The position numbers and the translations under genes were made by a program. Under the pieces are notes generated by a model. The model was not told the origin of the DNA. It saw nothing but the letters and a program-made list of their open reading frames with translations, and did no database searches. DNA of 62,261 nucleotides, counting the filler, from Circinaria calcarea (lineage: Eukaryota): NCBI GenBank assembly GCA_051942165.1. It is 19 parts of 19 records of this genome, joined end to end, with 100 filler letters (N's around TTAATTAATTAA, not from the genome) between each part and the next. Parts side by side here need not be neighbours in the genome. Positions count along the whole stretch, not along the records: positions 49,282 to 52,453 come from JAVECS010002996.1; positions 52,554 to 55,723 come from JAVECS010002997.1; positions 55,824 to 58,992 come from JAVECS010002998.1; positions 59,093 to 62,261 come from JAVECS010002999.1; 15 more parts are not named here. One strand, written 5' to 3'. This document shows, one piece after another, positions 51,112 through 62,261 of the stretch. The stretch's first letter is position 1. Every line of letters begins with the position of its first letter.

Positions 51112-52101
51112 CTACCCAAAGTATCTCCCATGTAGCTCCCTGTAGGCGATATCGAAGTTCCCTTGATCAAGTGCTTGTTTCTCCAATACAGCAAAAATAA
51201 TCTCCTCCCACCAACCACCACGGAATTGGTTCTCACGCATAACCTCCTTGAAACAATCGACGACATCTTGTGGGGGATTTTTCAAAACACCGCAGCCCAG
51301 CATGCCGAGCACCAAGCGACGGTGTCCCTTCAGAGCACTCAGCTGCAAAATAAGGCGCCATTTGGCTTTCATGGATTCACGAGCCATAGGATCAGCATAG
51401 TGTGGGCATGGCAAGGACGACGGTTGAGACAAGCGGGGATCTCGTTCAGCGGCCACGGAAACGACTGCAACACTGTTTAAGGGTTTCGTGAAATCATAGT
51501 AGCTGTGGCCTCTTGCAGCTGCCTCTCGAATGATAACAACCGAAGGCGCGAAGTCTCCACCATCGTTGGGGAGGCCCCGAGATGCGTAGTAATCTTCATC
51601 AAAGGTGAGGCTTATAGAGGAGCGGTAGCATAGCTCTTCTTCTTGAACCATCCTTCCCTGTTCCCACCCACCACCAGGTGACTTACCGTTAGCCATATTG
51701 GGTAAAAGTACATTATCACCTCGAGGGGGTAAACGACCGCGCGGAGAGCTATCCCATTTGCGTAATAAAGACTGTGCGGCATCTAGAGTGTCTTGTTTAA
51801 CCACTTTAACTATGGTACCTCTCCGACCTAAGCCAAGCGCATCTTGTGTATAATTGAGACATCTTGTATGATCCAGGGGAGGCAATGCACCAAGGGTAGA
51901 ATGCTGAGCAAGTTCTTGGATTGATGGTTCGTTCCTTAAGGTCAGCAGATGGTTTAACCCAGAAAGGGTCTCTCCGGCACATAACCCGGGGGCGGTTGGG
52001 GCATGGATTCCTGGGTAGAAGGCATGATAGGGATTAGTGGCTGAATAATAATATATTAGCATATCTGTCTTCTTTGCCACAGATGCAGAAATCTTACACA
52101 T
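51112..52101 (-). CDS. Bacterial-type poly(ADP-ribose) glycohydrolase-like macrodomain (DUF2263/TIGR02452)
   Basis: DTLDAA, NMANGKSPGGGWEQGRMVQEEELCYRS (GGG-x7-QEE), LVLGMLGCGVLKNPP and IIFAVL. Confidence 0.9.
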   Translation of the reverse strand: MCKISASVAKKTDMLIYYYSATNPYHAFYPGIHAPTAPGLCAGETLSGLNHLLTLRNEPSIQELAQHSTLGALPPLDHTRCLNYTQDALGLGRRGTIVKVVKQDTLDAAQSLLRKWDSSPRGRLPPRGDNVLLPNMANGKSPGGGWEQGRMVQEEELCYRSSISLTFDEDYYASRGLPNDGGDFAPSVVIIREAAARGHSYYDFTKPLNSVAVVSVAAERDPRLSQPSSLPCPHYADPMARESMKAKWRLILQLSALKGHRRLVLGMLGCGVLKNPPQDVVDCFKEVMRENQFRGGWWEEIIFAVLEKQALDQGNFDIAYRELHGRYFG

Positions 52102-53082
52102 GGTGCGTAATGAGGAGAGATTCAGTCGTGGAAGCTAACCCGAATGTCTTAAGCCTTAGTATCGTAAAGGCAGGCAGTTATTGTTTTGGTCATAAAACCC
52201 GATGAAATTAAAGGGGAATATAATATGTAGTTAAAATACGGTGCATTCCTCCTTACTAGCGAGTTGCTATAGGCAACACCCAATAGGGAATAACGTAATA
52301 GTGAACGAGTATACATATCGCACACACAGCGTAGCTAGTTAGATAACCTTCAATGCCATAGTGGTTCCACCAACAGGTCGTGTAGTAGCACTCACCGTAC
52401 TACATTCAACTTATGTGTTAGATATTAATAAAATCTGCATCGAAAACTAGGCANNNNNNNNNNNNNNNNNNNNNNNNNNNNNNNNNNNNNNNNNNNNTTA
52501 ATTAATTAANNNNNNNNNNNNNNNNNNNNNNNNNNNNNNNNNNNNNNNNNNNNGCAGGCGCAACTCAATCCAGAGCAGGTATTCGTTCCATCTATCATGC
52601 CAGCTCAGGTAAGAAGCAGGGCCATGGGCTTGGGAATGCCCTCCCCAGCTCTCGCTGAGGAAGCCGAATTGAACGGGAAGCATGAAACACCTGCGACTAA
52701 TGCGGTTGACGGTACTCCTGGAACGCCCACGCCCACGCCCACTTCGCTTCGAGGGCTCGGGCCGTCGCTGGCAATGTTGGCAAAATCGATTCACCCGGCC
52801 TCCACCAAAAAGTGAGCATGCTGGGGACAATCATGCTTTCCTCCTGTATGCTTGTCTAAACAGATGCTGCGTGCGGAGCTGAGGACTTGTAAGCGTCTTC
52901 GCCGATCATGCTCGATTGATCCGCCTGGAAGAGGGATATATGTAGGTCTGATCTCCTTGGGGGTTATCTTTCCATATCAGCATCGCTATATTCTCCTGCC
53001 TGAATCTCTCTAATCTCCTATCCAAAGCGATAAACCTCGCCTTTCCCTAGACACTTTCTTCCTCGCTATCCCTCCGTCCACA

Positions 53083-53780
53083 ATGCATCTTCTCTCCTTG
53101 GCAGTTATCCTTACTTTAGCTCAGTGTGCTATCTTGAGCTTGGCGAACCCGCTGCCATTACTGGGAGACTCTTCACGCAAGCTTGTATGCGCGAACAACC
53201 CCAAGATGGTTGCCGGCACGTGAGTAAAGCAGTTACATGAATCAATCTATATCATCAAGTGGAACGGAAGGCTAAGTATCCAACTACATTTAGCCCATGG
53301 CAACGCCGAAGTCTAGAATCCAAAGCCTTTCTACCTGTCATTGCTGAGCCTGGCCATGCAAAGCCAAAGAACAAAGAGTCAGACATCGGCTACAGCTATC
53401 ATCCGAATCCTGCTCCCAGGAGCTCCGACACCCTTATCCGCTGGTGTGCTCCGAGGACCAACGTCTATATTACTCTGACAGTCACACATCGTGTTGCCGC
53501 CGAAGCAATACGGATGGTGCTGACCGAGTCATACGGCGTCGTGGACGAGGTCATCAAGCACATGGGTGACGGACCGGTCTCCACTACCGGTTTCAATTGG
53601 GGCGCCGGCAGTGCCATGCTGCAAGTTTGGGATACCAACAACCAACGCACCACCTGGGGAGTGCTCGCCGCTGCGTTGGCGGCCTTGCAGGATTTCATGC
53701 TTGTGCAGGGTAACTGGGTGGGGGTAACGTTTACGGTGTTCCACGGGCCTGTCGAGGTCGGGAAGGGGGTGATAGGTTAG
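53083..53780 (+). CDS. Small secreted protein (signal-peptide exon at 53083; exact splicing uncertain)
   Basis: MHLLSLAVILTLAQCAILSLANPLP signal; C-terminal TWGVLAAALAALQDFM..FTVFHGPVEVGKGVI domain. Confidence 0.65.
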
Positions 53781-54222
53781 TTTGGAAGAAGAGAGCGGTT
53801 TCTTCAGAGGACAGCGGCGTTGTGGGAGGACTTTATTAGACGGCTGGGGGCTTTCGGCGATTACGGTTGCGTCGCGTTCGTAGATTGGGAAATGAAAATA
53901 CACGGGTTTTCCGGCTAGCATTCCCTCGCAGTCTTAATACGGCCGGGCATGATAGGATACAGATTGATAGGTGCAGAATGGTAGATTATGGAGGTGACGC
54001 CAGAGTCACATGTTTGCGTGACCGTTGGGATCATAACCATCCCGTAATGACGTACCGCTGTTCTTAGAGTAGTGAGTGAATATTGAAGATAAAGAGCCGG
54101 ACACTCCCGTCTCACTTTTCCTCAGTCGCGTCTAAGTACGTGGAGACTTTACCATCTCTGCCAATCAGTTCCACCAGAGAAGACAGTTTTCTTACACTTT
54201 CAGCAATCAGCAAACAACAAAC

Positions 54223-55271
54223 ATGGCTGACTTGGATCTGGCACCCCTGCCAAGCTACGCCAACAAGATTAGCGTCGACGGAGGCAGCTCCGAAGACGCC
54301 ACCTCCAGCCCCAGCGATGATTCGGTCGTCGGGCCGGAGAACGGTCACGTTCAAGAGCCAGACAAGAAGCCATATCAGGTCACTCTTCGACAACATCCAG
54401 TGACCGAGTTACGGAAGCCCTATGTACCCAAAGAAAGAGATCGCCTCATCGATTCCGGTGTCCCCAGGGCCAACGTTGCCGCATCCCAAGAGTCCCCCAA
54501 TGGGACCACCGAGGATGATTATGCGAGACGTCATCGAGACCAAACGGTACGTTTATGGTTGTTGATCTCCCGGACCAGTTTCCGAGGCACTGACAAACGA
54601 ATGTCATAGGTGCTCGTCCAACACGTCGAATATTGGGACCAAGACCACGACGGCATCATCTGGCCGCAAGACACTTACCTCGGCGTCCGCGCCTGGGGCT
54701 GGTCGATCCCCCTCTCGCTCTTCGTCGCCTACATCATTCATGTCGCGCTTTCCTACCCCACCGTCCCGGGCTACTTGCCCGACCCCTCCTTCCGCATCTA
54801 CACGGCCCGCCTGCACAAGGACAAGCACGGCAGCGACAGCATGACCTACGACCACGAGGGCCGCTTCCGCCCCCAGGCTTTTGAGGACATCTTCGCCAAG
54901 TATGACAAGGGAAACAAGGGCGGCCTGACGTGGCGGGACCTGATTGACTTTTGGAGGGGGCAGAGCATGGTTTTTGATCTTTTTGGGATAAGTGCGGTGG
55001 TATTGGAATGTGCGTGATTTTTTTTCTTTTCCCTTTTTACACGGGATTGGGGGATTATGGAAGCTAATGAATTCGATTTTTTGTAGGGTTGGCGGTTTAT
55101 CTCCTGCTCTGGCCGGATGATGGAATTATGCGCAAAGAAGACATTCGTCGCGTTTATGATGGGAGTATCTTTTACAAGAAGGCGGAGGAATACAAACGGA
55201 AGCAGGCGACGACCCGTCCTCAAAGTCAGACGAGTCCGACCCTTGTTACCAAGGTTAAGAAATTGATTTGA
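54223..55271 (+). CDS. Caleosin / peroxygenase (introns 54547-54609, 55010-55086)
   Basis: PRANVA, QHVEYWDQDHDGIIWP (heme His and EF-hand), proline knot LPDPSFRI, HKDKHGSDS, EW and YDGSIF. Confidence 0.95.
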
Positions 55272-55639
55272 GGATGGGAAACTTACGTGAAGATTTGGGT
55301 GGGGGTGGGCAAGGGGAGCATGAATGTTGGGTGTGGAACATACCATTCCTAGCAATGAGAAGAAGGGGGTAGGGATTACGAAGCCGTATTGCAGGAATGG
55401 AATGCAGAGAAGGGCAGAGAACGATAAGGAAATTGGAGAAGATTATTTCTGGAGAGATACTCTCCTTTACCTAGTTTGCCATAAGAGGTACCTAATGAAA
55501 GTGTACTCAAGGCCTAACTCGTTCGAAACTGCACTGCACTGCACTGTACCGCACCCGGCTGCACTCAACCGCCAAAGGCCTTCCTTGATATAAAAACAGC
55601 GTAAAGGGAAAAAAAAACTTCCAAAAAAATTTCCTATTC

Positions 55640-55723
55640 CAATTCCTATTCCCATTCCCATTCCCATTCCCATTCCCATTCCCATTCCCATTCCCATTCC
55701 CATTCCCATTCCCATTCCCATTC
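55640..55723. repeat. (CCATTC)n hexanucleotide microsatellite at contig end
   Basis: About 12 perfect copies preceded by degenerate units. Confidence 0.95.
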
Positions 55724-55823
55724 NNNNNNNNNNNNNNNNNNNNNNNNNNNNNNNNNNNNNNNNNNNNTTAATTAATTAANNNNNNNNNNNNNNNNNNNNN
55801 NNNNNNNNNNNNNNNNNNNNNNN

Positions 55824-56397
55824 AACGAAAGCAATGACCAGTGCCGGATAGGGAGGATGCTGAGAGATGATGACATATGCGATGACACGGACTCCGGGAG
55901 CAATAAAGGCAACCCCGCGCTGACCAAATGTCATGTGGATACTGTTGTTGAGTATGGCGGAGGCCGTATAGCCTACGAGCGGAGATAGGAAGACCAAGGA
56001 GACCACAGTATAGTTAACATTATAATATTGTTCAAGCTGGGCATCTGCTTTAGCTAGGTGACAGGACAGTGCATGATAGTACATACGTATGGAATTAGAG
56101 CCTAGAAAGAAATGTCAATGCATACCCCGTAAACATGCAAGCCGGCGGAAGTGGACATACCCCATAGGCAGAATCATTAGCGCCCATTATGAAAAGGCCA
56201 AGGAAACTCGCAAAGCTCCGCCACATGTTGATTCTTGGGTGGTTCCACCGCTGCGGTGACGGTACCAACGTTGCTATAGGAAAATTGGCATCCATGGCTT
56301 CTTGTATCCCGGTTGCGGGTCCACTCTTCTTTTCAGCATCTGGTATGGCTGAACCATTTGCATTGAGCTGCTGTTCCGGTACGGTTGCAGACTCCAT
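55824..56397 (-). CDS. MFS transporter (Bsc6/FucP-like), 5' part with introns
   Basis: RWNHPRINMWR..GANDSAYG, YYNVNYTVVSLVFLSP..GQRGVA..HPPYP. Confidence 0.88.
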
Positions 56398-56990
56398 TTT
56401 GGCCGTGACAGTATCTTCTCCGTTGCAACTAGGTGAACAGATTGTCCATTGCTATTGTGCAGTCCACCTGGTGGACCGCTTTAATATCAGGCAAGGAGCG
56501 GACATGACAAGTTCCTGAGTAATCAGAAAAATTTATTCGGGGCGAATTGTCGGTGAAGGAACGGCAAGGGATAGTTTGCGGGAGTACTTCGGATCGCATA
56601 GGTGGCGCCGAGTGAGTGTCCAGCACCCTCTCAACTCTCTGGACTGCCATGATGAAGTGATGGTAAAGGGAAAACAGTTAATTCTATCTATACGATGTGA
56701 ATGACAGCGTGTCACACGTGCACATTTGTCCTGCAGATTGTCCTGCAGCCACCCCGGCTTTGTGGCTTGCAAGGCAGAATAGTCGCGTCTGTTCACTGCC
56801 GCGTTTTTAGGTACAATAGGATGGAGTATATCGGCTCATCTATTTTCTCAGGTCGTTGGTCGGATGGTTTAATAAACTGTTCTCATTCTACCCTCATTCT
56901 ATAGCTGTATTCGGAGAGGCAAAATAGGGATTTAGTTGTACTTCGTACGTAAAGGAAACGAGTTTCGTCAAAACGTTTGTCCACAGGGGC

Positions 56991-57073
56991 GTCGTAAGAC
57001 CTCCGAGGTTCCGCCGACCTCGGATTTTAATTTTATTCTATGCTGGTTGGCGGAACCTCGGAGGTCTCACGAC
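56991..57073. repeat. 29-bp inverted repeat with 25-nt AT-rich loop
   Basis: GTCGTAAGACCTCCGAGGTTCCGCCGACC versus GGTTGGCGGAACCTCGGAGGTCTCACGAC; 27/29 Watson-Crick pairs. Confidence 0.92.
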
Positions 57074-59092
57074 TTATGCCGCCCCCTTGGTCACGAAGCG
57101 TGGGGAAAGCCGATAAATACTCGGATACCTTTCGACGTAGGCTGGTTTGCTCACCCGGGCATGAGCATCCTTTGTTTTGATTGTCAGCTAGTCGAAACTC
57201 CAAAGCCTGGTCGAGATCTTTCAAGCCGTGAGCAGGTCCACTGAAAAGTCCTACCACATGATCGGGAAGCCATTTATCTAGCCTGGACTCCGGAGTGCAC
57301 CTATTCAACCAACAAGTTCGAGATCGATTTCGAGTTTGAAAACCTTAAACCCGTCAATAACCGAGAGGGCTTAATGATTGTGTTAAAATAGCATCAATAT
57401 TCAGCGGCAGAAGCACACGGTCCACTGAAGTACTCTTCTGTAGTGATAGTCTCAATCCCTCCTTTGTCATGAAATCTGCATTCCCGTACAGCTGATATGG
57501 TTCTACCTCACCGCATGCCTTATTTGAACGAGTTTCATCGACTAAACGCCGCAAAAATACCAACATGATCGTTTAATCTTCGAGTGATGAAACACAATAT
57601 CTTCTATGTCTAAGATGTTATAAACCGTACGACGGGTATTCTTTATCAGGTTGTACTCCCTTTCAAATCCGCAGGGCTACAATTTGCCACACAAAGTATA
57701 GTTATAAGGCGAATGTTGAGCAGGGAGACAACTAAACACCAGCCTTCCTTCCTCGCATTCTTTCATTTACTAGCTTGGGTAGACGCGGGCAATTCTACGT
57801 TCGTACATATATTGCTTACAAGTTTATGAATCTAGGGTACCTGCTTGAAAAGCAGTTGTTGCCATTCCCTTTGCAGAGCATCTTCGCTGCAATTGACATG
57901 GCTTGGGCTCACAAGGCAATGTTACCAAGCTTATTTGAAGCTAGTCGATCCTGTGAATCGATCCCATTAACCGATCTCATGAATGAAATTCAAGGCCCGG
58001 CTGGAGGTGAGCGCGAGGGATAACTCTTTACCCCGATAACCTACATCAAACTCTAATGCGACTCATATGGAAACATGCCGAATACCGAGCCTTTTAGACC
58101 TAGGATTTGAGGCTTGATGTTAGAAGCTTATAGAGAGCTTGTACGGATTCGAGTTGGAGTGTAAAATGTCGGCTTATACAAGGGGCCTTCTGTTCTATAT
58201 ATTCTGGGGCGGATGAGATGTATAACCATTAGCAGAATGGCTTCTGCTGGTAGGCAGTACAACAGCGTATTTAGGTACACTAGACTTAGAGATATCTGGT
58301 CCTGGAGACTCCATCCGTAGGCAAACTTCTACCACCCATAGCCAAATGCGGACTTTCCGTTTATGATAAATCTCTTTCAACCTGTCACAAATTTAAACAG
58401 CTGACCCTTTGCGGCCATTCTGAAATAAGTAAGTCGGCCACGAGTATGCAAAGGTATGGTAGTAATCGAGGAGGAAGAAAAGGTCGCTGTTGCTTCCCGA
58501 TGCAGTATTCGTCAGGGCATTGAACTCGGCTGTCATTTGGGAAGGTCAAAGCTTCTCACTAACTCAGCCTTATCAAAATAGTGGTGCTCAATCCTTTGTC
58601 CTACAACATGCCCCTGCCTCGACTGGGACCTTGATTGGTAGCACACGACCCTCGCGATATTCAACATCACGAATACACATCACCAACTCTACTCTACAGC
58701 TTCAAGATATCCATTTTCAACGCTAAAAAAGCCCCTGCCTGAGTAAGACTCTGATCGCGACGATCAACCACGTTCATCAAGCATCGCTCTCCTCGGGATT
58801 GCCCGTCTTCCTACACCTCAAGGACCGGTAAAACCAAGGTTGGAAGTAAAGCCTTGACTGGCTATGGATTCGAAAATGGACGTGGACTTGGGCAAGGTGC
58901 CGGAATCGCATCAGCTTTCCCCTGCCTCAGAGCCCGCAACGATTCCAACCCTGGATGGGTGGATAGAGAGTCTGATGAACTGCAAACAACTGNNNNNNNN
59001 NNNNNNNNNNNNNNNNNNNNNNNNNNNNNNNNNNNNTTAATTAATTAANNNNNNNNNNNNNNNNNNNNNNNNNNNNNNNNNNNNNNNNNNNN

Positions 59093-59902
59093 CTTAGGTA
59101 CTTTGCAAAGCGCATGGGCCTGCCTATGGCAAAGTTGGTGGTCGCGACGAACGAGAACGACATTTTGGATAGATTTTGGAAATCTGGCTATTACGAAAAG
59201 AAGCCCGTCCACGGCCATGAGGCAAGTGGAGGCTTCGAAGACGATGGCGCCAAAGCACACCCAGAGGGTGTCCGAGAGACTCTTAGTCCGGCCATGGATA
59301 TCCTTGTGAGCAGCAATTTCGAGCGTCTATTATGGTTTCTTGCATTCGAGGTCTATGGCGAAGGTCCTGTGGATCAAAAGAGGAAGATAGCTGGCCAGAA
59401 AGTCAAAGGATGGTTGAATGACTTGAAAGCGAGCGGGGGATTCGGTGTGGAATCTCGACTCCTCGAGGCTGCGAAAATGGATTTCGAGAGCGAACGGGTA
59501 TCTGATAAGGAGACGCTTGTAACCATACGGACCATGTACTCTGTCCAGATACCAGCCGGCAAAAGCGGCGCATCCAATGGCACTGCAGGTGTCACAAACC
59601 GTGGAGGCTATATCCTTGATCCACACTCCGCAATTGGCGTCGCTGCGTCATATCGTTCCATCGGGCGTGCACCACCACCAGAGACTCATCATATTGCGTT
59701 GGCTACGGCCCATCCGGCAAAGTTCTCCTCCGCCGTTGAGCTAGCATTGAAGGACGCAAAGGACTTCAAGTTCCAGGACCTGGTTCCCGAGCAATTCAAG
59801 GGCTTGGAAGACATGCCACGGAGGAAAACAACGATCAACAAGAGTGACGGCATTGAGGGATTGAGATCGTTGATTCGGTCTAGGGTTCCCGCCTCGCAAT
59901 AA
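59093..59902 (+). CDS. THR4: Threonine synthase, 3' part
   Basis: MGLP..LVVATNENDILDRF, TLSPAMDILVSSNFERLL, LDPHSAIG and ATAHPAKF. Confidence 0.96.
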   Translation, partial: LRYFAKRMGLPMAKLVVATNENDILDRFWKSGYYEKKPVHGHEASGGFEDDGAKAHPEGVRETLSPAMDILVSSNFERLLWFLAFEVYGEGPVDQKRKIAGQKVKGWLNDLKASGGFGVESRLLEAAKMDFESERVSDKETLVTIRTMYSVQIPAGKSGASNGTAGVTNRGGYILDPHSAIGVAASYRSIGRAPPPETHHIALATAHPAKFSSAVELALKDAKDFKFQDLVPEQFKGLEDMPRRKTTINKSDGIEGLRSLIRSRVPASQ

Positions 59903-60530
59903 GGTTAGGGAAATGTGTCAAAAGTTGGTCTTGGGGGGCTTTCTTCGTGGACAGTACTGGAGTAAGGGCGCTGGGATGATACCCGGATTCATTTAAATCA
60001 GCAATATATATACCACTCATTGGGTCTTGTTTCTCGCTATAAGAGAGCGGTGTCGAACGGCCACTGGTGGGCACCAAATGCCTTCGTGGTGTATCATACC
60101 GCATATCCGGATCTAAACAACAGGATAGCATATTGCCTTAGCAACCCTCTCTACATTATGTTATGAACTCCGTCTCCCTTATAGCCAGTATCAGAGTGGC
60201 TAATTTAATTCAAGTTGTTCTTCTATCTACCTTTGACGGTGAGGGATGAAAGACATGAATCATCACACTGGTAGACGACCACGAAGTTTAGGAGTAGTTG
60301 TTGTCCGTACTCCGCATTGTGAAAGGCCGCCGATAGGGCTTAGCTCTGCCGGAGCTCGGGGAATCACAGCACCGTTAGCGGATTCACCCCACTGGTCTTT
60401 GGCCCCGTTGACCGACGCGTTCGTGGGGCTAAATGGAGATAAGGTGTTGACAGTACATCAACACAAAGATCCACTCGCAGATGAGCTTGTACATACTACA
60501 TCTAGCCATGAGGCTCAAAAATCCAAGGAG

Positions 60531-61471
60531 ATGAGAACACGAACAGGATGGTAAGCTACTACGAGTCCAACAAACATCGTCTTTACCTGATACTGACCTA
60601 GAACATAGCTTGACTTGTCGGGGGCGCAAGCTCAAATGTGACGAGCAGAAGCCGGTATGCGGACAGTGCCAGAAGGGAACCAGACAATGCCAATTCGACT
60701 CTGGTCTTACCTTTCGTCACCACCAGAACCCGTCAATGAATCACAACGGCACTGGCGCTGGCACGGACGATAAGCTGAAAAGATTCTTCAAATACTCAGA
60801 CACCTTCAGCGCCGATACGATATGGGTGGACATACCCAAGCAAAGTAAGGGCACCCGAACACAGAGACCCTGACAGGCGCTCACAACTTCTAGTAACCTT
60901 TGTTAACACGACCAACCCTTATGCTGAATTCTCCTCTCCAGAGCCAGAGCTTGACACTTCAGGCTATCTGGCACGTTCAACGCCTCTTCCAAAACCTCGA
61001 AAAACTCTATTGAGTAATGGTGTTCATATGAGCGACGACATGGAAGGCTTCGAACAAACTCCTGGGCTCGAAGCGCTTTCTTCTGCGGCCACCGCGGGTC
61101 ATTTTCCATATGTTGCGCCTAGCGCGAATATGATTCACCCATCGGCAGCAATTGACGCGGTTCATGACCCATACTCATTCGATAGGACCACACCTGCGAG
61201 AAATGGAAATCTGTTGTCCCCGTCCCCGGAGAGCCCGACGCTTTCTTCAAATAACAACCTAAACTTCATTCTGAATCATACAACGACGATGAGTGCAATG
61301 ATAGATCCCACTCTTGAGTCTCCTCATTTACCGATGAATGAAGCTTTGCCAGTTTCTGATGCAGAGGCGGAACATGCAATCCGTGACGGTCTTCTGGATT
61401 CAACTGGCGATGGTGAGCCGAAGGTCGCCTTTCTCTCATGTCGGTTCTCGGAAACCCAAGGGCAAGGGTAA
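60531..61471 (+). CDS. Zn(II)2Cys6 transcription factor (introns 60551-60608, 60845-60893); 3' part truncated or decayed
   Basis: RTRTGC/LTCRGRKLKCDEQKPVCGQCQKGTRQC; splicing leads into ORF 61010; no clear continuation after FSETQGQ. Confidence 0.85.
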
Positions 61472-62261
61472 CCCGACCTACCTACATGCTATTGATTTTA
61501 CAAAGCTATGATGATCTGCTCCTGGATACTGTCGATCATATCATGATGTGCCTAGCAAATCCCGTGTAGTGAGTAAAGGATTCTTTGGGTTTCTCCGACC
61601 ATACTGACATGTTTTGGTGCATAAAGTCCGATGGATTAAACACGACTATTGCACCATCAGATGGTTTGCCTGATGTCATTTTCAGTCATGCATTCTGGAT
61701 GAAGACATGGAGGATTTCGACAGAGATCATAGGCAGATATGAATGACATTAGTAAGGTTTACGTTTCTTTGCAAAGTGACCCAACCCAATCAGAGTCAAG
61801 AATTTGACAGTATGGTTTTAAAAGCATAACACTGTGATTCTAATCCCTTGAACTAATTCGTCCTGAATGTTCCATACAATTATTTCCATATTCTCCTTAT
61901 ATTTTCGTTTATACATCTTAAGAAACATCTTGCGAACTGCGAGCTAATTCTGGAACTTCCTCGCCATTCAAAGTCAGCTCCGATGAGTTTCACAATAGCG
62001 TGATGGAATCATCCAAGCTACATGTTCTAGGATATCAGCGATCTTATGATCAATCACACATATAGGTTGGACTCGTTTGGTGGACCTAGCAGATTACTTT
62101 CAGCGTTGACGACTTTCCAAACGTTTCTAGAGGGGCCCGGCTATGGTTTCCTCATGATTCTGGCGAGCCTGCAACCGCTATACTTTATACTATCTATACT
62201 ATATGGTAGTCAGTCTCTTTTCTCCTTCAACTCCTTTTGGATCTTTGGCTGCATCCATCAC

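Noticed and set aside
40050..52101. ART writer, NTase, RBR ligase and PARG eraser forming one defence island
   Set aside because: They lie on four different contigs joined by length order, so there is no evidence of physical linkage.
55640..55723. Possible telomere at contig end
   Set aside because: The unit is GGGAAT/ATTCCC rather than TTAGGG, and the C-rich strand points outward; a microsatellite that broke the assembly is more likely. The MGMGMG ORF is spurious.

Overview
This window is not one continuous locus. It is 19 unrelated ~3.17-3.19 kb contigs of a filamentous ascomycete, joined by 18 artificial 100-nt spacers (N44-TTAATTAATTAA-N44) and ordered by decreasing length. The organism is Pezizomycotina, and one secreted-protein family hints at a lichen-forming fungus. 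Gene adjacency is therefore only meaningful inside a contig. Recognisable housekeeping genes or fragments include RSC9, UPF2, a class VI-type chitin synthase, a CIC1/L1-domain protein, PPT1, MRP7, SnaD-like, NOP53, YPT6/Rab6, BLOC1S1, NDUFS6 and THR4. There are also two MFS transporters, a peroxisomal enoyl-CoA isomerase, a caleosin, an ABHD13/Bem46 hydrolase, a MAPEG protein, a GH128 fragment and a Zn2Cys6 factor. The accessory content is the more interesting part: a head-to-head DUF6594 / retropepsin-like gene pair; a four-exon Tse2-type ADP-ribosyltransferase with a mitochondrial-like presequence; a bacterial-type PARG beside a broken SNF2 helicase; an intronless Pol-beta-like nucleotidyltransferase; a secreted alpha/beta-hydrolase lacking its catalytic Ser and His; a decayed NB-ARC-TPR NLR; a LINE relic; a MITE-like element; and a 29-bp hairpin. 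All family calls come from motif recognition by eye, and no searches were run.
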